A stretch of DNA of 64,000 nt from a virus, in IMG/VR virus record IMGVR_UViG_3300009187_000021, positions 1-64,000 of that record; one strand, given 5' to 3'. Shown in pieces: positions 45,342 through 55,635 of this stretch; within the stretch, counting starts at the first letter, position 1; each line of letters starts with the position of its first letter. Both the position numbers and the translations under genes were made by a program. Under the pieces are notes generated by a model. The model made no database searches and had not been told where the DNA came from. It saw nothing but the letters and a program-made list of their open reading frames with translations.

Positions 45342-48311
45342 TTATCCTAAAATTAGTCGTGTTCCGTTTTGTGTTGTAATCGTGTCTCCTACCTCAGTAG
45401 TCAATTCTGGATAGAAAACAGTACCCAATGAATTATATATGAACACATCATCCGACTGAATATCTCTTCCTGTAGAAATTAAAAGAGAATTGGCAGTGTT
45501 GGTAGCGATGTTAACAGATGGAGTAACAAAAAGAACGTTGTTCGAATAACTGACATAAGTTACCGTTCCTTGATAAAAGATATTTGCACTATTGCCAACA
45601 CGAATCTTATCTCCAGCACAGAAGATGTCTCTTACCTTAGTCAAAGGATACTTGTACTCTCCATTATTTATCAGATCATATCGTCCGGTTAGACTTGGAA
45701 GTGTAATCTTCGAAGACGAGTTAACTAAGTTTGCATATGCAACGTTTGCAAATCTGAGATATACATTATCTTTGATTACCGCAGTATTACTGGCATCACT
45801 AACAGATACGATTTCAGAGTACACATTTGGACCAAATTCATTATATGTAAATGAAATTCTTGCACCAACTTTTGCAATATTAGAAAGAATTGCACCAGAC
45901 AAATTAGAGAACTTAATTATATTGTTACTTGGATTTTCAAACGTCGCATACATCGCTGCATTAGATGCTGTCGTTCCAGTGTAGTACGACAATGCTTGAC
46001 TATTTGAAACAAACGATTCACGGTGTACAATAATCTCTTGTGTGTTTGCTTTAATGGTTGTAATTGGTTTGACTTTTGTTCCTGCTGGATGCAGAAGTCT
46101 ATACAACACAGTCCTATATGCTTCAAATGATTTTTGTACTTTGAGTTGATATGTAAAACTGTTGAAATCTTCACTCTCCAATACTTGAAACGAAGAAGGA
46201 AATCCATCTTCATTTAAATACTGCCCATTACCAATAATGATACCGCCAAGAAACTTTGCAGTTGCTTCTGCTAGTCCATTACCATATGTTCTAATACCAT
46301 TCTTAAATACATATTCACCTTCCGAATCAACAGTCGTATATGACGTATCAACATTCATATAAAGATTTGCAGAGTTACTTCTCGTTATAACTAAATGTCT
46401 ATCTGTCTTAGTATTCGATGTGTAATTGTACACTCTGAGAAGATACTTATCGTTTGTTCTTATTTCACCGCCTGATTGTATCAATTTGATCGAATCAACA
46501 TTTGCTTTGAAGACACTAGTGTTTACATTAGCACCTTGGAATACAATCTCACCTGTACGAGCGATCTTACTTCTATCTTCAATATTTGATACGATAATGT
46601 CACGAACTTTAAGTGATACTTTTGGTTGAGAGATGTAGTCTTCACCATAATTTTCAATTCTAAATGAAATGATCTGACCGATACCTCTGGCATCCATGAT
46701 TGGATTAATCTGTGCGCCTTCACCTAGAACAGTAGACACATATATGTTAGCGCGAACACCGTTCGCCGTTGCAACATTTAAAGTTGGCAACTTATTCTGA
46801 ATGTATCCTAATCCACCTTTTGGATATCTAATCTGTGGATTTGTATTTGCATAATTATAATCAATAGAAATGATTGTGCCAGATGCATTAACAGTAACAG
46901 ATGCATTTGCACCAACTCCACCACTATAATCATTATTGGTGAATGTTACAAACTGACCATTAGCATATCCTGTACCACCATCACGAATCTTAATAGGTCC
47001 AAGTATACCTAGATTACCCAGAATACCTTTTGTCGTAGTCGAAGAAGTTGTATCGTATAATGATAATGGTTTAACCGTTGGCAATCTCTTGTATCCACTA
47101 CCACCAGATTTCATCAATACGCCGCCGATCGGATACGTAGCGAAACCTGTGAATGTGAATGCATTAGCAAGTGTACATGAAACTCTTGCACCACTATTTG
47201 CTGGGAATATGTTATATGCAGAACCAATAACTTGGTTACGGACAGTATTGCTCAGATAGTCTTGTGGAATCCATGTGGTGCGAACTAATCCAGCAGGATC
47301 AATTGTTACTACGTTTGCTGCAGCACCTCTACCTCCACCACCTGTGATGGAAATAAAAGTATTTGGATCCATTCTATATCCATATGATCCGTTGATCATA
47401 TCAAGACGATCTAATGAACCAAGTGTAGTCTCATGTACATATGCATTAGCAGAAATTGGATTTGCAGTATTAGGATTTAATCCACCATAGAATACAACAG
47501 GATCACCAGGATAACCAGATGATTGGCCAAGATAAAGTAGTCCGCGTCTATTTGGATTAACTTTGAGTGATGAGATTGAACCTAATACTTTTGCTCTCAA
47601 CAGAGTTGCACCAGAAGTTCCTTCTGCAACGATTGCACCATTCTTAAAATAAAGATTCTGATTATTGTTGTCTACGACACGAATGAATTCACCAGATTGA
47701 AAGACACGTTCCACGGTCGAGATGTACACTTCGATGTTATCATCAACTCTTCTCGATCTTTCGACTACTGCAAAAGACTTAGATGTTTCACCAAACAGTT
47801 TTAAATTATCTATTCCAAGAAACTGTCCGTCATTCGTATCAATCTTTAAACTTTTAGAGATGTACCATTTACCATCCGATGCACGAAGAACTGCTTCACC
47901 CGTAGGAAACAATTCAACATCAGAGTTATAGATTGCTCTAAAGATGAACTTGTATGCAGCAGAAGTACCTTTAGTGGAATAGAACTGCTTACCAATTTTA
48001 ATTAACTTTGCTTTATCTGTCAAGCATTCTGTTGGAAAACTAGGCAGAAAATTATTAAAGAAGTAATCAATAAATCTATTGAAACTTGTTGGATCTTCTG
48101 AGAAATCTACGTCATTATAGTTGAGTAGATTCTGAGATCCATAGATAGCACCCTCAGAGTTTGCAGAATCTTTTATATCACTTTGTTCTGCCCACTCGTA
48201 GTATGCTTTAAGAAAAGCGATAAACGTCTGATAGTTATTATCTATCCGAAGGAATTCAGGTAACTGAAACGGTACCTTAATCGATGGTTTGTTATTAAGA
48301 TAAGTTGCCAT
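45342..48311 (-). CDS. gp7: Baseplate wedge initiator, gp7-like
   Basis: QLPEFLR...FIAFLKAYYEW; FYSTKGT; LRASDGKW; LLHPAG; lies between gp6 and gp8. Confidence 0.78.
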   Translation of the reverse strand: MATYLNNKPSIKVPFQLPEFLRIDNNYQTFIAFLKAYYEWAEQSDIKDSANSEGAIYGSQNLLNYNDVDFSEDPTSFNRFIDYFFNNFLPSFPTECLTDKAKLIKIGKQFYSTKGTSAAYKFIFRAIYNSDVELFPTGEAVLRASDGKWYISKSLKIDTNDGQFLGIDNLKLFGETSKSFAVVERSRRVDDNIEVYISTVERVFQSGEFIRVVDNNNQNLYFKNGAIVAEGTSGATLLRAKVLGSISSLKVNPNRRGLLYLGQSSGYPGDPVVFYGGLNPNTANPISANAYVHETTLGSLDRLDMINGSYGYRMDPNTFISITGGGGRGAAANVVTIDPAGLVRTTWIPQDYLSNTVRNQVIGSAYNIFPANSGARVSCTLANAFTFTGFATYPIGGVLMKSGGSGYKRLPTVKPLSLYDTTSSTTTKGILGNLGILGPIKIRDGGTGYANGQFVTFTNNDYSGGVGANASVTVNASGTIISIDYNYANTNPQIRYPKGGLGYIQNKLPTLNVATANGVRANIYVSTVLGEGAQINPIMDARGIGQIISFRIENYGEDYISQPKVSLKVRDIIVSNIEDRSKIARTGEIVFQGANVNTSVFKANVDSIKLIQSGGEIRTNDKYLLRVYNYTSNTKTDRHLVITRSNSANLYMNVDTSYTTVDSEGEYVFKNGIRTYGNGLAEATAKFLGGIIIGNGQYLNEDGFPSSFQVLESEDFNSFTYQLKVQKSFEAYRTVLYRLLHPAGTKVKPITTIKANTQEIIVHRESFVSNSQALSYYTGTTASNAAMYATFENPSNNIIKFSNLSGAILSNIAKVGARISFTYNEFGPNVYSEIVSVSDASNTAVIKDNVYLRFANVAYANLVNSSSKITLPSLTGRYDLINNGEYKYPLTKVRDIFCAGDKIRVGNSANIFYQGTVTYVSYSNNVLFVTPSVNIATNTANSLLISTGRDIQSDDVFIYNSLGTVFYPELTTEVGDTITTQNGTRLILG

Positions 48312-50419
48312 TATCTTTGAATTGCAGTAACAGTTACTTCTACAGAGGTTGGATCAAACTCATCGATTGTTAATATTCTATTATATTCTGATGTGAGAAT
48401 AGTTGATGCAGGAACAGCAGATAACTTTAGATATCCAAATTCATTATTAATTGCAGATGCAGAGAAATCTTTGAGTGTTACAATTCCATCATTGTAACTA
48501 ATAGTTCCTGCGTTAGCGTTGATAGTTTCAGCAATCGCACCCTTATAATAAAATGTTTCAAGATTACCAGTTGCAGAATCAAGTGTTGCGGTGGCCGATG
48601 CTAATTGTCCTGTCTTATCACTAATTGATGGTTTTATAGTAACTACCGCATAGGTATAACCTAATCCTCCACTTGTAACATCAATTCTGATTACTCTACC
48701 ATTTGCGAGAACTGCTGTTGCTTCGGCAAAGTCACCATCACCTTCAATCGTAACAGTTGGTGTTTTGGTGTAATTAAAACCTTGATTAGTAACATTGATT
48801 GCCGTGACACTACCTACGATTTTACCATTAATTGGTGGAATCTCTCTGTAATATACACCAGTTCTTGTGACTGGTGCAATTAAAGCATTAGAACTATCGA
48901 CTACAGTAATATCTGGCTCAGTATAAAAAGAAGACTGAACCATAACATCAGAATAATTACGTTTAAGTGGGAATCCAAACTTTGCTTGATATGTTGCATT
49001 AGAATTCAACACAGGATATAGTTTCTTCTCAACTCTAAGTTCTGTTTCGTTTGTTAAAATTGAAAGATCACAGTATTGAATTGCTGTGATTAATTGTGGC
49101 AATCTTAACGTAGCATTAAATGTGTTCAGAGTTGTCGTAGAGAAGTTTCTAATTACAGAGATAACCAATTGTTTAAGTTGTCCAGGTGTCAAAGTTGTCT
49201 TCTTTGGATCATATAACACAGTAGTTCTTAACTTGACGTATGTGTAATCCGGATCAACAATCGTTGGCAATACTGTCATCACCGAAACTGGTTTGATAAC
49301 ATCGACAATCAACTTCTGTTTTTGTGATTCAGTTAATGAATATCCACCAGAAGGTTTAATCGAACAGAATACTCTACCATATACTGGAGGATCATTCTCT
49401 TCACCACCCCAAACAGTAACCGATTGGATAGGTAATGCAGTTGAATTCTTCTGAATCAAATACATATAGTCTTCTTTGGTAACCGCTCTACCTTGTGCAG
49501 AGTATGCTTTGGGTGCAGTATACTTGACAGAATTAATTGATTCTTTATCTTTGCCTTCAGTTGCAGCAGAAACAGAAGATACTGATACGTTAGAATAACC
49601 ACCCACTCTAGACATTATTGAGAAACTATTGGCACCAAATGAAACAGTACCGTCTGTTGCAACGTATGTGATATTGACAACATTATCATCTTTAAGTGCG
49701 TAGCCTAAAATTCCATCGCCGAAATAGATTTGATACTTTCCGTTTAGTCCTTCTTGTAAGAAGTAAACTTTAGTCGAAGGACCTAGTGCCAAGTAATCTG
49801 AAACTTGTGTGTATGTCTCAAATGTCAAATTAGTAGAAGACTCTTGTACATTAACAACAATCGTCGATGTATCGATTGTGGAATCTGGAATATCAAATGT
49901 CAACTTTGGATTCGTAGTCTTATTGACTGTGAAACTATATGATGCAGAAGTTCCTTGAATGATACTAACATCATCAAAGATTGCAGTATTCGCAGTTACA
50001 TTAGTTGTATATGCATCTGTCGTAACAAAAGTATAGTTAACAGAATCAATTGCTTCAGAAATGAATGGTGTAAATTTAGGTAATGTCAGAGACGCATCGG
50101 ATACACCATTAACCGTAATCTTAACAGTTGCACGTGGTGCAGATGCAGAAGATGGCATATAGTTCAACAACTTCGCATGAGAAATTACAGAGTTTCTTTG
50201 TACAGCAGAATCGAGAAACATCTCATTTGCAACCATATTTAAATAGTATGCATTATATTGAGTGTTGTATGCAAGAAGATCGATTAGAACGGATAGTGCA
50301 GATGCATCATAGTTATAGTCTTTAAGTTTATCCTGTTGTTGCAGAAACGTCTTAAAACTATCTTTAATAGAATTAAAGTCTAGATTGGTAATTTGAAGAC
50401 CAGAGTTTGCTGATGCCAT
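48311..50419 (-). CDS. gp6: Baseplate wedge subunit gp6
   Basis: LDFNSIK...DLLAYNTQYNAYYLNMVANEMFLDSA; FGDGILG; QGRAVTKEDY; WGGEENDPPVYGRVF. Confidence 0.93.
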   Translation of the reverse strand: MASANSGLQITNLDFNSIKDSFKTFLQQQDKLKDYNYDASALSVLIDLLAYNTQYNAYYLNMVANEMFLDSAVQRNSVISHAKLLNYMPSSASAPRATVKITVNGVSDASLTLPKFTPFISEAIDSVNYTFVTTDAYTTNVTANTAIFDDVSIIQGTSASYSFTVNKTTNPKLTFDIPDSTIDTSTIVVNVQESSTNLTFETYTQVSDYLALGPSTKVYFLQEGLNGKYQIYFGDGILGYALKDDNVVNITYVATDGTVSFGANSFSIMSRVGGYSNVSVSSVSAATEGKDKESINSVKYTAPKAYSAQGRAVTKEDYMYLIQKNSTALPIQSVTVWGGEENDPPVYGRVFCSIKPSGGYSLTESQKQKLIVDVIKPVSVMTVLPTIVDPDYTYVKLRTTVLYDPKKTTLTPGQLKQLVISVIRNFSTTTLNTFNATLRLPQLITAIQYCDLSILTNETELRVEKKLYPVLNSNATYQAKFGFPLKRNYSDVMVQSSFYTEPDITVVDSSNALIAPVTRTGVYYREIPPINGKIVGSVTAINVTNQGFNYTKTPTVTIEGDGDFAEATAVLANGRVIRIDVTSGGLGYTYAVVTIKPSISDKTGQLASATATLDSATGNLETFYYKGAIAETINANAGTISYNDGIVTLKDFSASAINNEFGYLKLSAVPASTILTSEYNRILTIDEFDPTSVEVTVTAIQR

Positions 50420-50814
50420 TATCGTGTTCGCTCTAAGATAAGATTGACTGATGTTGTTTGTACATTATTACCAATATAGAATTCAATCGTTATTGAATAT
50501 GCATTTCTATCTATGTCTTCGTCAATAGTAACCTGAACGAGACTTACTCTTGGTTCATGGTTTGTTATAACTGATTCTATCTCAGTCTTTAATGTTGCCG
50601 CGGTGATTGGACTAATTGGTTCAAATAATAATTGTTCAATACCAGATCCCAAATTTGGTTGAAATGGTCTCTCATAGTGTTTAGTCAGAAGTAAATAACG
50701 GACAGCCCGTACCACAGCCATGTCATCATAACTGAGTGCAATGTCATTCCGACCAGGGGTTTTAGTAAAACTAAAGTCCAAATCAGAGTAAAGTTTTGTT
50801 AGTGTGGTTGCCAT
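50419..50814 (-). CDS. gp25: Baseplate wedge subunit gp25
   Basis: YSDLDFSF...LLLTKHYERPFQPNLGSGIEQLLFEP...HEPRV...LERTR. Confidence 0.92.
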   Translation of the reverse strand: MATTLTKLYSDLDFSFTKTPGRNDIALSYDDMAVVRAVRYLLLTKHYERPFQPNLGSGIEQLLFEPISPITAATLKTEIESVITNHEPRVSLVQVTIDEDIDRNAYSITIEFYIGNNVQTTSVNLILERTR

Positions 50815-50818
50815 CTTT

Positions 50819-50826
50819 TATTTATA
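50819..50826 (-). promoter_or_regulatory. Canonical T4 late promoter TATAAATA for the gp25-gp6-gp7 operon
   Basis: tatttata, 1 nt after the stop of 50828..53830 and 4 nt before the gp25 ATG. Confidence 0.8.
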
Positions 50827-50827
50827 C

Positions 50828-53800
50828 TTACCATTGTATTGGTCCAGAACCACCATAAAATCTATACACTCTATAACCTGGTCTTCCACCTGGAGTATCA
50901 TAAGATAGTCCAGGACTGATTGATGATAGTGCAGTAAATGCTGTCGGATATGCAATAATTACAACTCCAGGTCCTCCTGCGCCAGCAGTACCTCCAGTAC
51001 CATTTCCACCTCCACCACTTCCTGTATATGAAGCACCAGGATTTTGTCCACCACCAGAACCGCCTATACCTGATCCTCCTGAACCTTGAGTGCCTGGATC
51101 AATCTGACCACCTCCACCACCAGCGTAAAATATACCCGGTCCTGCTATGCCTGGTGCAAGACCAGGTCCGCCAGGTCCGCCAAATGTAGTGTTTCCTCCT
51201 GTTCCTGCTCCACCAGCTCCTCCACCTCCACCTGATCCGAAGTTTGGATTAGTTATTCCTGGACCGCCTGGATAACCTTGACCTCCTATTCCTGGTCCAC
51301 CGGAACCATCATAGTGTCCACCGCCTCCAGATCCTCCTGGTAATCCTGGTCCTGTGCCGCCGCCATCATTACCTGCTCCGCCACCACCACCAGTTGATGT
51401 TATATTAAAGAATGTTGATGGATTACCAGGACTACCTCTACCGTTCACGCCATTTGATCCACCACCGCCACCTCCGACAGTAATACTATATGGAGTTCCA
51501 GCAGAAACTGATACTGTGGATGTTAACAATCCACCAGCACCACCACCACCTCCTCTACCTCCTGATGCACCACCACCTCCTGCACCTCCAGCGACAACTA
51601 GATATTCAACAGAACTAGGTGCGGATTGTGATGTTGTTATACTATTGCTTGCAGAACTAGATGAACTATTACCGGCAGCATTAGTCGCATATACTGTGAA
51701 TGTGTAGGAAGTACCCGCAGTTAATCCACTCACAGAAATAGTACCAGATCCTGCTTGAGATAGTGTTCCTGTTACACCGCCTGGAGAAGATACTGCCGTG
51801 TAAGATGTAATCGTTGAACCGCCATCTGACGCAGGAGCAGTAAAGGCAACCGTTGCAGTTGTTTGTCCAGTTGATGTTGCAGTGCCAATCGTAGGCGTAC
51901 CTGGAACTGTATAAGGTGTTGCAGAATTACTAGCAGAACTTGCAGAACTTGTACCCGCAGCATTCGTTGCAGTCATAGTAAACGTATAGGCAGTTCCATT
52001 AGTCAAACCAGATACTGTGATTGGACTTGTAGATCCTGTTCCTGTAATATTACCGGGAGAAGATGTAGCAGTATATCCAGTGATTGTATTGCCACCTGTG
52101 CTTGCTGGTGCAGTAAATGTAACTTGTACAGCTCCACTGCCAGATCTTGTTGCAGTACCTATAGTTGGTGCACCAGGTACTGTGTATGGTGTTGCAGAAT
52201 TACTGGCAGAACTTGCGGAACTTGTACCCGCAGCATTCGTTGCAGTTACAGTAAATGTATAGGCAGTTCCGTTAGTTAATCCAGTCACAGTAATTGGACT
52301 TGTAGATCCTGTTCCTGTTATACTACCAGGAGAAGATGTAACAGTATATCCAGTAATTGCACTACCACCTCCGTCAGGATAAGAGAACGTGACTTGTACA
52401 CTTTGACTTGCCGATCTTGTTGCAGTACCAATAGTAGGCGCTGCGGGTACTGTATAAGGTGTTGCTGAGTTACTTGCAGAACTTGCAGAACTCGTACCAG
52501 CATCATTTGTTGCGGTGATAGTAAAAGTGTAAGCAGTTCCGTTAGTTAATCCAGTCACAGTAATTGGACTCGTAGTTCCCGCCGCAATAATATTACCTGG
52601 TGAAGATGTGACAGTATAAATAGTGATTGTATTGCCACCATTGTTCGGCGCAGTAAATTCTACGTTAACTGCTTGGCTTGCATACCTTGTTGCGGCACCA
52701 ATAGTTGGTGCAGATGGTAATGTATACGGCGTGGCAGAATTACTTGCAAAACTGGCAGAACTTGTTCCAACTGAGTTTGTCGCAGTCACAGTAAATGTAT
52801 ATGCAGTTCCATTTGTCAGACCAGATACTGTGATTGGACTTGTGGATCCTGTCGCAGTAATATTACCGGGTGAAGAAGTAACGGTGTAACCAGTGATTGC
52901 GCTACCACCTGTGTTTGTTGGTGCAGTAAACGCAACTTGAATTGTTTGGCTACCAGTTCTTGTCGCTGTGCCTATAGTTGGTATACCAGGTACTGTAGTG
53001 GTTATATCTCCACCACCTGTAGTAGTACCCGCGATTCTTTGTTTTAGTTTATCTGTTCCAATTAAAGTGTTAACTAGATATTTTTCTGTTTCACCCATAC
53101 CAGAGAATTTCTGTCCGGCATTTACTTCAGCAACAATAGATTTAGATTGATTGAAGAAATTGACATCCGATGCCTCTTTTCCGGACATATATGTGTTTAT
53201 TGTATTTAGATTTGTAGTAATCGTGGTAACTAAACCGGCAGAAAGATTACTCTTTTTTAACATAATCTGTGGATCTGCTACATCAGGTTCATAATAAATT
53301 GTGTTTGCTATGACATTTGGATAAGTTCTAATAACAGTATAGTAATCCGCAAGATTGTTCGCGGTATAAAGACTACTAAAGTTCCCAATCATAGGTGCAT
53401 TATTTGTCACACCGTCACTTTGAAAGCACACATACGATAAAGTTCTACCAATAGCTATAGCCGTTGAAAGATGAGGTAATGATCCAGTATCAGCATTAGG
53501 TTCAACCATTCCAGATATTCTATTGGTGTGTGCAATAAAATTATTGGCAGTATTAACTAGATTGTTTGAAGCATTAGCAACTGATGTTATACCAATAGTA
53601 CCACTACTGTTTGCAAACACTTGTGTTGAGATGGATAAAATTAAATTAGCAGAATTCGCAACTGGATTTTGATAGTATGCACCAGTATTACTACTAGCAA
53701 TGTCTGAATATTGCCAATCACTCAATAATTTTGGAATAGCATTCATGTGTTTAATCGTTGAGTTTGAGTACGATATTGTACTATTACTCAAATCAGTAGG

Positions 53801-53830
53801 AAAAGATAATCTACCAAAAATACTTGCCAT
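50828..53830 (-). CDS. Baseplate-region protein fused to five FN3-like repeats and a glycine-rich adhesin-like domain
   Basis: ~270-aa helical N-terminal part, TTTGGG linker, five ~91-aa repeats, VEYLVVAGG...YRVYRFYGGSGPIQW. Confidence 0.78.
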   Translation of the reverse strand: MASIFGRLSFPTDLSNSTISYSNSTIKHMNAIPKLLSDWQYSDIASSNTGAYYQNPVANSANLILSISTQVFANSSGTIGITSVANASNNLVNTANNFIAHTNRISGMVEPNADTGSLPHLSTAIAIGRTLSYVCFQSDGVTNNAPMIGNFSSLYTANNLADYYTVIRTYPNVIANTIYYEPDVADPQIMLKKSNLSAGLVTTITTNLNTINTYMSGKEASDVNFFNQSKSIVAEVNAGQKFSGMGETEKYLVNTLIGTDKLKQRIAGTTTGGGDITTTVPGIPTIGTATRTGSQTIQVAFTAPTNTGGSAITGYTVTSSPGNITATGSTSPITVSGLTNGTAYTFTVTATNSVGTSSASFASNSATPYTLPSAPTIGAATRYASQAVNVEFTAPNNGGNTITIYTVTSSPGNIIAAGTTSPITVTGLTNGTAYTFTITATNDAGTSSASSASNSATPYTVPAAPTIGTATRSASQSVQVTFSYPDGGGSAITGYTVTSSPGSITGTGSTSPITVTGLTNGTAYTFTVTATNAAGTSSASSASNSATPYTVPGAPTIGTATRSGSGAVQVTFTAPASTGGNTITGYTATSSPGNITGTGSTSPITVSGLTNGTAYTFTMTATNAAGTSSASSASNSATPYTVPGTPTIGTATSTGQTTATVAFTAPASDGGSTITSYTAVSSPGGVTGTLSQAGSGTISVSGLTAGTSYTFTVYATNAAGNSSSSSASNSITTSQSAPSSVEYLVVAGGAGGGGASGGRGGGGGAGGLLTSTVSVSAGTPYSITVGGGGGGSNGVNGRGSPGNPSTFFNITSTGGGGGAGNDGGGTGPGLPGGSGGGGHYDGSGGPGIGGQGYPGGPGITNPNFGSGGGGGAGGAGTGGNTTFGGPGGPGLAPGIAGPGIFYAGGGGGQIDPGTQGSGGSGIGGSGGGQNPGASYTGSGGGGNGTGGTAGAGGPGVVIIAYPTAFTALSSISPGLSYDTPGGRPGYRVYRFYGGSGPIQW

Positions 53831-53840
53831 AATTTATTCC

Positions 53841-54677
53841 TTAAACCATCGATGGAATAGGTGGACCTGTTGGTCCTTTAGGTGATATATGTATATGCGA
53901 GTCATAAAGTGTTGTATTAACTATGTCTGTCATCATAACTGCTGACATTGTACCAAAGTTTGCTAATGGTGCATTTACTGATGTTACAGCATTAAGAGAT
54001 ATACCTGCGTTTATCATACCAATACAATTTATCTGTGTAGGAATTGCAACAGGTATACCAATCGCCAAACCACCAGTTACTGATACAAAACCTAAAGGAC
54101 CTGCACTAACTCCTGCCAATGCATCAATTCTTCCACTTGATGTAATCTTGTCTGCCGTTATTTCACCATCGACGTTCAAATCACCTCTGAGTGAGATAAC
54201 ATCACCCGCGGTTAATTTAAGTGATCCTAATAGTGTTGCACCGGCACGAATCTCCATATCATTCTTTGCAGTAATGTTTGCAATACCATTAACTAATTTA
54301 GAATAATTGCCACCAACTTTTAAATCATAATTACCCTCAACATACTCTGTCTTATCACCTTTGACATGAATATTAACATCACCCTCAACATTAATATTAC
54401 ATGATCCTTTAACTAAAACATTCTTATCTTGAATTGTAATTTCATAACCATTACCATATACTTTATGCACTTCTGATCCATCAGGATGCATCTCAATAAA
54501 AGTACCTGTTCTATGTTCTATACGAACACGTTCTCTATTTGGAGTATCATCCAATTGAATAGAATGACCAGATTCACCATTCCATGTCGCATTATATGGA
54601 TACATTGGTGGGAATTCTTCACTCGCTGGCGATTCAGGTTCTGACCATCCATCCCAAAAGTCTGGTTTATTTGCCAT
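53841..54677 (-). CDS. gp5: gp5 C-terminal part: beta-helix spike with terminal HxH motif
   Basis: YPYN...ESGHSIQLDDTPNRERVRIEHRTGTFIEMHPDG; V.G 8-residue repeats; YDSHIHISPKGPTGPP. Confidence 0.85.
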   Translation of the reverse strand: MANKPDFWDGWSEPESPASEEFPPMYPYNATWNGESGHSIQLDDTPNRERVRIEHRTGTFIEMHPDGSEVHKVYGNGYEITIQDKNVLVKGSCNINVEGDVNIHVKGDKTEYVEGNYDLKVGGNYSKLVNGIANITAKNDMEIRAGATLLGSLKLTAGDVISLRGDLNVDGEITADKITSSGRIDALAGVSAGPLGFVSVTGGLAIGIPVAIPTQINCIGMINAGISLNAVTSVNAPLANFGTMSAVMMTDIVNTTLYDSHIHISPKGPTGPPIPSMV

Positions 54678-54685
54678 TTACTTCC

Positions 54686-55633
54686 TCACGGTGGCGTAGT
54701 ATTTGCTGAATCGAATCCAGCATTTAAACTAACATCTTGATTAACATATGTGTCTGTGATATATGCTGATAAACTATCAACATTTGCAGTTGATGGTGAA
54801 TTAACAACTGCAATTAAAGAAGCAGGAACATTGGCATCTGCAACCTTTTTGTTAATCACAGAGAGTGCTGCCTCTGATGCTAGGGCTATGGTTCCTACGA
54901 CTCCAGACACCGTACTCGCCACTTCGTTTACTACGCTACCCACAACCTGACTTGCTACTCCACCAACCGCTGCAGCAGTGGATGCGACCACTGCACCAGG
55001 TAGTGCAGCGACTTGTGCTGCTGCATTTTTAACACCATTTGTAAAATTGACAAAACATTCTTGAATTAAAGCAAGAACTTTTGCCGGTAATGTTGTGATA
55101 AAGCTAATGATTTCTTGAATTTGAAATATCAAAGTCTCATACAATATTGCTGCCGCTACATATTCAGCAACTTCTTTTAATTTTTCATTGATCAGTCTGA
55201 TATATTTCTTTGCAACAGATACTGCTGATGATATTAATCCGGAAGGATCAAAGTTTAGTGCTACGATAATTCCTTTGATTGATAGTCTAAATGCATCTAT
55301 TGCCTGACCAATCAATGAACGAATAAGTGCGGCAGCAGCATTTCTACTATCAGCAATCGATTTCTTTATCAGAGTTACTGGATTTTCAATTACACCTAGA
55401 TTCAAATCTGTCGCTAGATTTATTGAAAACTTAAAGTCACATGAATGTGCCAAATCACTATTAGTTTTTGCAATAACAGTACCACCCATGAATGATCTTG
55501 AGATTGGCGGTGTTGTCTGAGCACCAACTGCACTAAAAGATATACCATCTGGTAAATATGGTATTAGAGTATTCCTAGTTTCAACTATTGTACTCTGAAT
55601 TCCATTAATTGCACTGGCTAATGTTTGTGCCAT
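54686..55633 (-). CDS. Hypothetical helical, Ala-rich protein between the two gp5 halves
   Basis: 315-aa ORF with tight spacing on both sides; amphipathic helical pattern. Confidence 0.7.
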   Translation of the reverse strand: MAQTLASAINGIQSTIVETRNTLIPYLPDGISFSAVGAQTTPPISRSFMGGTVIAKTNSDLAHSCDFKFSINLATDLNLGVIENPVTLIKKSIADSRNAAAALIRSLIGQAIDAFRLSIKGIIVALNFDPSGLISSAVSVAKKYIRLINEKLKEVAEYVAAAILYETLIFQIQEIISFITTLPAKVLALIQECFVNFTNGVKNAAAQVAALPGAVVASTAAAVGGVASQVVGSVVNEVASTVSGVVGTIALASEAALSVINKKVADANVPASLIAVVNSPSTANVDSLSAYITDTYVNQDVSLNAGFDSANTTPP

Positions 55634-55635
55634 AG

